From Octopus vulgaris (lineage: Eukaryota), in assembly GCA_951406725.2 (NCBI GenBank), contig OX597814.1, positions 222,890,001 to 222,954,000 on the forward strand: a stretch of DNA of 64,000 nucleotides, in the 5' to 3' direction. Positions within the stretch are counted from its first letter, which is position 1; the number at the start of each line of letters is the position of its first letter. The notes beneath the pieces were generated by a model. That model ran no database searches. It was not told the origin of the DNA and saw nothing but the letters and a program-made list of their open reading frames with translations. A program made the translations under genes and the position numbers. Positions 56,936 to 64,000 of the stretch are shown here, piece by piece.

Positions 56936-57219
56936 CACGTGACCGACCAGTCCATCAGATGTAGTTACACATCGCTGGTCACAATGCGTTCGCATGGTTT
57001 TAGCCTTCGAATGACGCCACCCCGCTGGCTAAGTGGGCAGGCAAACAGAAGAAAGAGTGAGAGAAAGTTGTGGTGAAAGAGTACAGCAGGGATCACCACC
57101 CCCTGCCGGAGCCTCGTGGAGCTTTTAGGTGTCTTCGCTCAATAAACACTCACAACGCCCGGTCTGGGAATCGAAACCGCGAGTCCGCTGCCCTAACCAT
57201 TGGGCCATTGCACCTCCAC
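56936..57219 (-). mobile_element. tRNA-derived SINE, group D
   Basis: Head GTGGAGGTGCAATGGCCCAATGGTTAGGG...GTTTCGATTCCC; 13-bp TSD GAAATTTATATAT at 56923-56935 and 57220-57232. Confidence 0.85.
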
Positions 57220-57849
57220 GAAATTTATATATATGTATATGTATGTATATATATATATATATATATAGTGGCCTTGATCAATCGTTTGGTGCATTCAATG
57301 TACAGAACAATCCTGGCAGTAATCATCGCTAACGGTGGCTACACGAAATATTGCGTTCATTTCTTTCAATCCAGGACACTCGACATCACGTGAGATCACG
57401 TGACGTCAAACCTGTTTCAGGAAATAACGTTTCATTATTTGGGAAGAACGTTTTCTTAATTAGCACTCTTCAATCAATGCTGCGGCAGTCTGTTAATAAA
57501 CCGGTTTCTATTTAGTATGTTTGCGACATTTCTTCTGTGGTTCAGTTTATATATAGATGTGTATTTATATATACGTACATATGCATATATGGAAGTATAT
57601 ATGTCGTAAAATTATTCCTTTGTGTTGAGAATGACGATGGTATGGCAAATTTTATTTGCATGATTTCTCCCAAGAATATGAGTGAAATAAATAAAATTGA
57701 TAGATCTAACTTTCAATCACAAGACCGTAACATTGATTGTAATCCTTACAGAAAATTAACTGAGAACACTGATTCTCCGTGGAAGTTCTTATGAGACTAA
57801 GATATATATATATATACATACATACATAGATAGGTAGGTAGGTGGGTAA

Positions 57850-57931
<82 letters not shown>

Positions 57932-58878
57932 GTCGAAAAATCGGAAATAGAGAACAAATAAAATTTAGGACTTAGAGAAATCTTCTGAATAGTCTGAAAT
58001 AATATTGTTTTTCTAATGTTTATGGTGTGTTTTTTCATTTTTTTTATTCACTACCATTCCACTTATGGGTTTATTTATTTCTGTTTATTTATTTATGTCT
58101 GTTTGTATGTATGTATGTGTCATATTTAGACAAAGAATTAAAACATTTAGTCTTCCTTCTCTAGGTAAAAATCACACTTTTGATATTAAAGAATTCAATG
58201 TATTCCATTAGAGATTCGGAATGTTTAGAAATAAAGCCACAAGAAATATTCTTAATTAAAAATTCAAAAGAGAAATCATTCTGTCATCAATAGAGGTTAT
58301 TTCACTTGAAAATATGATGTTAGCACTTTTTTTTATATTTCAATTAATAGTATATTTTTTCTGTTGATTTTGTTTTTAATGAAGAAAAATGTAAATTACG
58401 AAAGGAAAAGTTTCAAAGAATCTTTCTTGTTACTACAACTTTGGCAATATTTCTTCGCAAATGAGTAGAGTTTTATACAAAGTGCAGGCGTGGCTGTGTA
58501 GTAAGAACAATCGTTCTGGGTTCAGACCCACTGCGTAGTATCTTGGTTAAATGCCGTTTACTATAACGCTGCGTCGACCAAATACTTGTGAGTGAATATA
58601 GTAGACGTTAAACAAAAGAAGTCAATCATACAAATAAATGTATATATATATATCTACGTGTGTTTTTGTGCATGATTGTATCCAAGCATCTATTGACAAC
58701 CATTGAATGTTTCTTTACAGTCCTCTAAATTAGCGGTTTGCCAGAAGAAGATGCTAGAATAAGTACCAGCTTTAAAGATAAGTAGTACTGTCAATTGTTT
58801 CGACTAAACCCATTTAGGTGGTAGATTATTTACATTATTTACATTTGACGGATATTTGTCCTCATCTTGTTTGATGTT

Positions 58879-58924
58879 AACACAACATTTCGGCTGATAT
58901 ACCCTCCAGCCTTCTTCAGGTGTC
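58879..58924 (-). ncRNA. Minimal type I hammerhead ribozyme motif
   Basis: GACAC-CUGAAGA-a-GGCUG gaggguauau CAGCC-GAAA-UGUU-GUGUU: 5-bp stem I, 5-bp stem II, loopless stem III (AUGU, probably CpG-decayed ACGU). Confidence 0.7.
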
Positions 58925-58971
58925 TTGGGAAAATTTCGAACCTGGGTTCTCATTCCTAAGGTATTCTTCAA

Positions 58972-59020
<49 letters not shown>

Positions 59021-59123
59021 GAGTGAGCGAGCAGAGCATGCCATCAAAGTGACACTGGGGTAAAATATACGAAGCCCAATATACCCATCATGACTACCCG
59101 TCTGATAACGGTACACCGGGCAC
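59021..59123 (-). mobile_element. ~100-bp insert within (TTA)n, probable 3' tip of a TAA-targeting LINE
   Basis: Complex sequence flanked on both sides by pure (TTA)n; minus end CTCACTC-AATAATAAT. Family assignment is inference. Confidence 0.5.
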
Positions 59124-59175
<52 letters not shown>

Positions 59176-60859
59176 GTTGTTATTGTTGTTATTGTTGATG
59201 ATGTTGTTGTTGTTGTTGTTGTTGTTGCTGTTGCTGTTGTTGATGTTGTTGTTGTTATCGTTCAGTTCACTGCTTGGAATCGAACTCGGAATCTTGGGGT
59301 TAGTAATCCGCACTCTTAAACAACAAACAAAATGAAGACAAATATCCGTCGAATGTAAATAATGTAAATAATGTAAATCAAGTAAATAATGTATATAATA
59401 CCTCATCTCTTAAATATAGAACTCCATTTAGGTGGTGCTCCAGCGTGACCGCTTCTAGTGGCTAAGACTAGTAAAACATTAAAAAAATAAGGTATTTTCT
59501 CTGTATGTAAAACTCGCTGTAAGTGTTCGCTATGCATTCATTCGTCATTATATGAATCTGTATGACCAGTCAACGAGGATTCACTTATCTCAGAGCATAA
59601 AATTATGTTTTTGGCAGGCGTTTCTTTGTTTGTATTAATCAAATCGCCAGCCAATCAAGCTTGGGTCTATGAAGCTAAACTTAAGATTCATATGAACAAT
59701 GGCACAAATAGATAGTGATTCGATATATTCTATAGGATTCAGAGGTGATAAAATTAACGCTTAATAGAGTGTTAATTAACGATGTCAACATAAGTGAAAC
59801 AATGAAAAGACTATTTCTCATAAAAGGAAACCTCGACATTTCTCCAGTTTTTGCTTCTAATGTAGAAATACGGCATGGACGTTTTTCATATTTGGCGTAA
59901 GGAATTGGATTATTTTGAACAGAGTATCAGTGTACGATGGATAGTTACTTTGCTAAATAGAAACGCATTATTTAAAGGACCTTTGTGCATTCAAGTGATA
60001 ATGACTTCGATCCTAATGGACAGCACATACAGAAAATTTCTTCTAGAATGGGCTCTGGCTAGTTTAAGATTTGAGAAGGAAATCTGTTCGGCAGTCTGCA
60101 TAAAGTTATGTTGAACAGACTGCACTACTATTTGGCTGGTAAATCTGAAGAGGTCATTTTGTTAACACAACATTCTGCAAGTGTGTCTATATCTATCCAT
60201 CTGAAAGTGACACATCATTTTGTGTATGCATTCTCACGCTGAGAGAAATGTCGGTAAGATCTAACTAAGGATTATATAAACACCTTGGATTCATGATAAT
60301 GATTTCACAAGATATCAACAATGCGATACGGGTTTTAAAATGTGTCGAAATAATTGTAACGATTTTAAATCATTCCATTTTCTATTATATATATATATAT
60401 ATATATAACCATTCTGTTGGCCATCGTATCTCGACCAACATGTGTCCCCGCTACCGTACGGTAATTATTTCTACGCCAGCTATGTTGTTGTTGTTTTTGT
60501 CTCATTTGGTCTAAAGTCGTATGACAACCACCGTTATATATATTTTTTGTTTATTCATTACTGTTTTCAATTTCGTTTTCGTCTCTTGTATTTACATCCG
60601 TCTTGTGCGTTCACATTCCTGTCTTCTACCAAGAAATCTAATGCTTACAGCTTAGTTTTTTTCTTGGGGCTGGCCGAGTTGGAGCAAATATCAGAATTGA
60701 ACAGCCGAAATTTGCTATGATGATTCGGTGTCTGACTGAAGATTGAAGGCTTCGAATGATTTGTCTGTGTTCCGTGTTCGTCCCTTCCTGTATTTCACGT
60801 TCATTATATATAAAAACATTCATTCTTATATATATATATATATCGTTGCCATTATAGAT

Positions 60860-61032
60860 CGGTAGCCACTACACGCATTTTTTTCTCTCCTTGTTTCTTT
60901 CTGTGCTTTCTATGGAAGAGCATAAGCTCGAAACGTAAAAGACTTTTTCAATTCCCGAGCGTTATATTAACACATCTATTTGTTTTCTACACCACCTTTG
61001 TCTTTTGTTTTTTATTCGTGAATTCTCCCCCC
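60860..61032 (+). mobile_element. PLE-type non-autonomous end (family of 32339-32510)
   Basis: GAAGAGCATAAGCTCGAAACGTAAAAGACTTTTTC..TTCCCGAGCGTTATA; flanked by (TA)n. Confidence 0.6.
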
Positions 61033-61046
61033 ATATATATATAACT

Positions 61047-61077
<31 letters not shown>

Positions 61078-61492
61078 CTTTTATTCTTTTACTCTTTTAC
61101 TTGTTTCAGTCGTTTGACTGCGGCCATGCTGGAGCACCGCCTTTAGTCGAGCAAATCGACCCCGGGACTTATTCTTTTGTAAGCCCAGTACTTATTCTAT
61201 CGGTCTCTTTTGCCGAACCGCTAAGTGACGGGGACGTAAACACACCAGCATCGGTTGTCAAGCAATGCTAGGGGGACAAACACAGACACACAAACACACA
61301 CACACATATATATATATATACATATATACGACAGGCTTCTTTCAGTTTCCGTCTACCAAATCCACTCACAAGGCATTGGTCGGCCCGGGGCTATAGCAGA
61401 AGACACTTGCCCAAGATGCCACGCAGTGGGACTGAACCCGGAACCATGTGGTTGGTTAGCAAGCTACTTACCACACAGCCACTCCTGCGCCT
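61078..61492 (-). mobile_element. SINE group A, full length and young
   Basis: Head AGGCGCAGGAGTGGCTGTGTGGTAAGTAGC...GGTTCAGTCCC; CATCTTGGGCAAGTGTCTT core. Confidence 0.93.
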
Positions 61493-61749
61493 ATGTAAAA
61501 TTTCTATTTTTCACGCTTGAATCGTTTTTATATTTCGCAGTCATATCTTCCCTTATTCTTTCGGTTTCTGTTACATTTTCCACTTTTACCTATTCCCAAT
61601 CTACAATCACATACACATAATTATTGCGCACATGTATGTACGCAGATATACATATACAGATACGCAGATACATGTATAGACACACGCACACACTTATACA
61701 TACATGCATACATAGTTGCATATATATACCAATATATGTATTCATATAT

Positions 61750-62125
61750 GCGATGTGAGTTTTTCTAAGCCTTGTGAAAGAACGTGGAAGGTTTGGCCTC
61801 CAACCAGACCTTTCACGATGCCCTTAAATCCAGGAACTTTTTAGCAGGCCCTCGTATAAATATATATATATACATACATACATACATACATACATACATA
61901 CATGCATACATAAATGTATATAGGGTGCGATGGGTAAATTGCCGCCATTTTATATTTTTAATTTCACGCCTTCGCAGTGTTTGTTTTTGATTTTGTCGAC
62001 CACACAGTGTGGTAGGATCAACTGGGCACCGTATGTAAGAAAAAGTGCACCATGAAGCAATTCACTCTGCCAGCAATTTGGAACATGCTGTACTGCTTGG
62101 CTCTCGTGCCAGAATCTGCAGTGCA
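61750..62125 (+). mobile_element. Tc1/mariner remnants: right-end stub (to 61855) and a separate left end (from about 61921)
   Basis: AACTTTTTAGCAGGCCCTCG|TA resembles the 19983 TIR; TA|TAGGGTGCGATGGGTAAATTG is followed by a short MKQFTLPAIW start. Confidence 0.4.
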
Positions 62126-62266
62126 ACCTGAAGACATGTACAGCGAAGACATATTTCTAGATATTTTTATGTAGTTTTAGTAAATATATCTTAAAATGTC
62201 ATTGTTATTTTCATTTTTGCGTAATTTTGACGACAATTTATTCACTGTCTGTGTGTGTGTGTGTAC

Positions 62267-62298
<32 letters not shown>

Positions 62299-62378
62299 TT
62301 GTGTGTGTGTGTGTATGTATGTGTGTGTGTGTGTGTGCACATACATACATACATACTTACATACACACAGATAGACAA

Positions 62379-62462
<84 letters not shown>

Positions 62463-63077
62463 AAAGATAGGTGTACATACAGATGTTCGCTCATAATTAG
62501 ACATATTGAAAGTGTGTATGTGAATGTCTGAAAACAGAAAATTGGCAACGTTGCCCGACTGTCTATGTAAAAATAATCAAGGCACGAAACAGTCCACACG
62601 GTGACACATCGACTTACCTATTACAATTCTGCATTATTTATCGAAACTATCTGACACTTCAGGGGGAATTTATTTCTACAGTAAAACTAGAGATAATGCC
62701 AGTCTTCATCTAACTGGTAGCGATATTCTGTTTTGTTATTACATCATGTTCACAGCGAACATCTGTATGAGTTTATAAATAGATAGATGTGCGTGACGCG
62801 CACATGCGAGTTTATGTTTGTTCATACTAGACACGTGTATTGATATAGATATGCATACACATTTGTATCCTCAGAGCACGATTTTTTTTACAAATACGTG
62901 CATACGTACGCACACACAAACTCACACAAACATAGCCACACACATGCCTAGCTTTCATCCAATACATACATACATACGTATGTACGTATATACATACATA
63001 TGGGGAGATAAAATTAGCTTCAATTCATTTAATTATCAATAAATACACAGAACTTCAGGATCAGAAAAGAGAACTTT

Positions 63078-63121
<44 letters not shown>

Positions 63122-63127
<6 letters not shown>

Positions 63128-63184
63128 GCAGTCAAAGAGTTATGGCTAGAAAGAAATAGCCATAACTCTTTGACTAGCTATTTC
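63122..63184. repeat. Short perfect hairpin
   Basis: 19-bp arms at 63130-63148 and 63157-63175, loop GAAAGAAA, extended by AAAATAGC/GCTATTTT after a 1-nt bulge. Confidence 0.9.
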
Positions 63185-63235
63185 TAAATTCGGTGTGTAG
63201 GTGAGGCAAATTGTTGCTAAACCCTTAATTACTTA

Positions 63236-63276
<41 letters not shown>

Positions 63277-63539
63277 TATACAGAGAGGGAGAGAGAGAGA
63301 GAGAGAGAGAAGTGTGTATGCGCATACTCTAAAGTAGTGAGCACCAGGTGAGGTGTATAGAAGGAATGTGACAGAAAGGGAAATTAGTAAAAATATATTT
63401 GAAATGTCTACGGTAATGAAGTAAATATACCAAGTAAACTGCAATGCACACACACTCACACCCATACACACATAAGCATACACGCAATTGCTTAACTACG
63501 CGTGCATGTGTGCATACAAGTGTGTGTATGTGTATATAA

Positions 63540-63579
<40 letters not shown>

Positions 63580-63650
63580 ATAAATATATATATACATATG
63601 TATGTATATATATATACATAGAGAGAGAGAGGCAGACAGAGGCAGACATG

Positions 63651-63723
<73 letters not shown>

Positions 63724-64000
63724 TATATATAGATAAGGTTACTATCTATATTTTATTATGTCTTCATGAAACACACCTGCGTATTTCCGTACTCCCAAAT
63801 GTAGATGTTATAATTGTGAGAGAGTTTGAAATACCGGAAAATAGATTTTGAAGAGTAATTACATATCAAAATAGGAGATTGGAAAACTTGTTTTGGCATC
63901 ATTTATTCATCATTACATATGTTTCAGTTGCTAATAGGAATTGAGATAACTATACATGTAGGGGAAACATGTAAGATATCTCCTATTAAATATTCTTCAC

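Larger units (their letters stand above)
58823..59423 (-). mobile_element. tRNA-headed, hammerhead-tailed retroposon with inverted terminal copy
   Basis: 13-bp TSD CCATTTAGGTGGT at 58810-58822 and 59424-59436; inverted arms about 58824-58880 and 59316-59385; tRNA-like segment 59263-59319; HHR at 58879-58924. Confidence 0.8.
58483..59485 (+). mobile_element. Old SINE group A copy split by the 58823-59423 insertion
   Basis: GCAGGCGTGGCTGTGTAGTAAG head to CGACTAAACCCATTTAGGTGGT, resuming GGTGGTGCTCCAGCGTGACCGC at 59431. Confidence 0.75.

Noticed and set aside
61005-61620. Recurrent peptides such as SVSVYQIHSQG..GLNPEPCGW and LILSVSFAEP
   Set aside because: Antisense translations of SINE group A, repeated at every copy.

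Overview
AT-rich animal genomic DNA saturated with microsatellites ((TA)n, (CA)n, (TACA)n, (GATA)n, trinucleotides) and short retroposons. The repeat repertoire resembles that of Octopus (recognition from memory, not a database result). No host protein-coding exon could be supported; nearly all listed ORFs are microsatellite or SINE translations. The window contains four groups of tRNA-derived SINEs (several with target-site duplications, TSDs), three non-autonomous Helitrons, mariner/Tc1 remnants, and Tx1/L1, R4/Dong and Penelope-like (PLE) fragments. Three signals stand out. (1) Several short elements carry minimal type-I hammerhead ribozyme (HHR) motifs, including a TSD-flanked element joining a tRNA-like head to an HHR tail with an inverted terminal copy, and a palindrome with an HHR on each strand. 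(2) One SINE family shares its 3' end with a Tx1-type LINE in the window (36/44 nt, ungapped), and one tail subtype is joined to GGT(A/G)TTTC inside older SINE copies in 3 of 3 cases, suggesting site-specific SINE mobilisation. (3) A local duplication gives an in-window empty/filled insertion-site pair.
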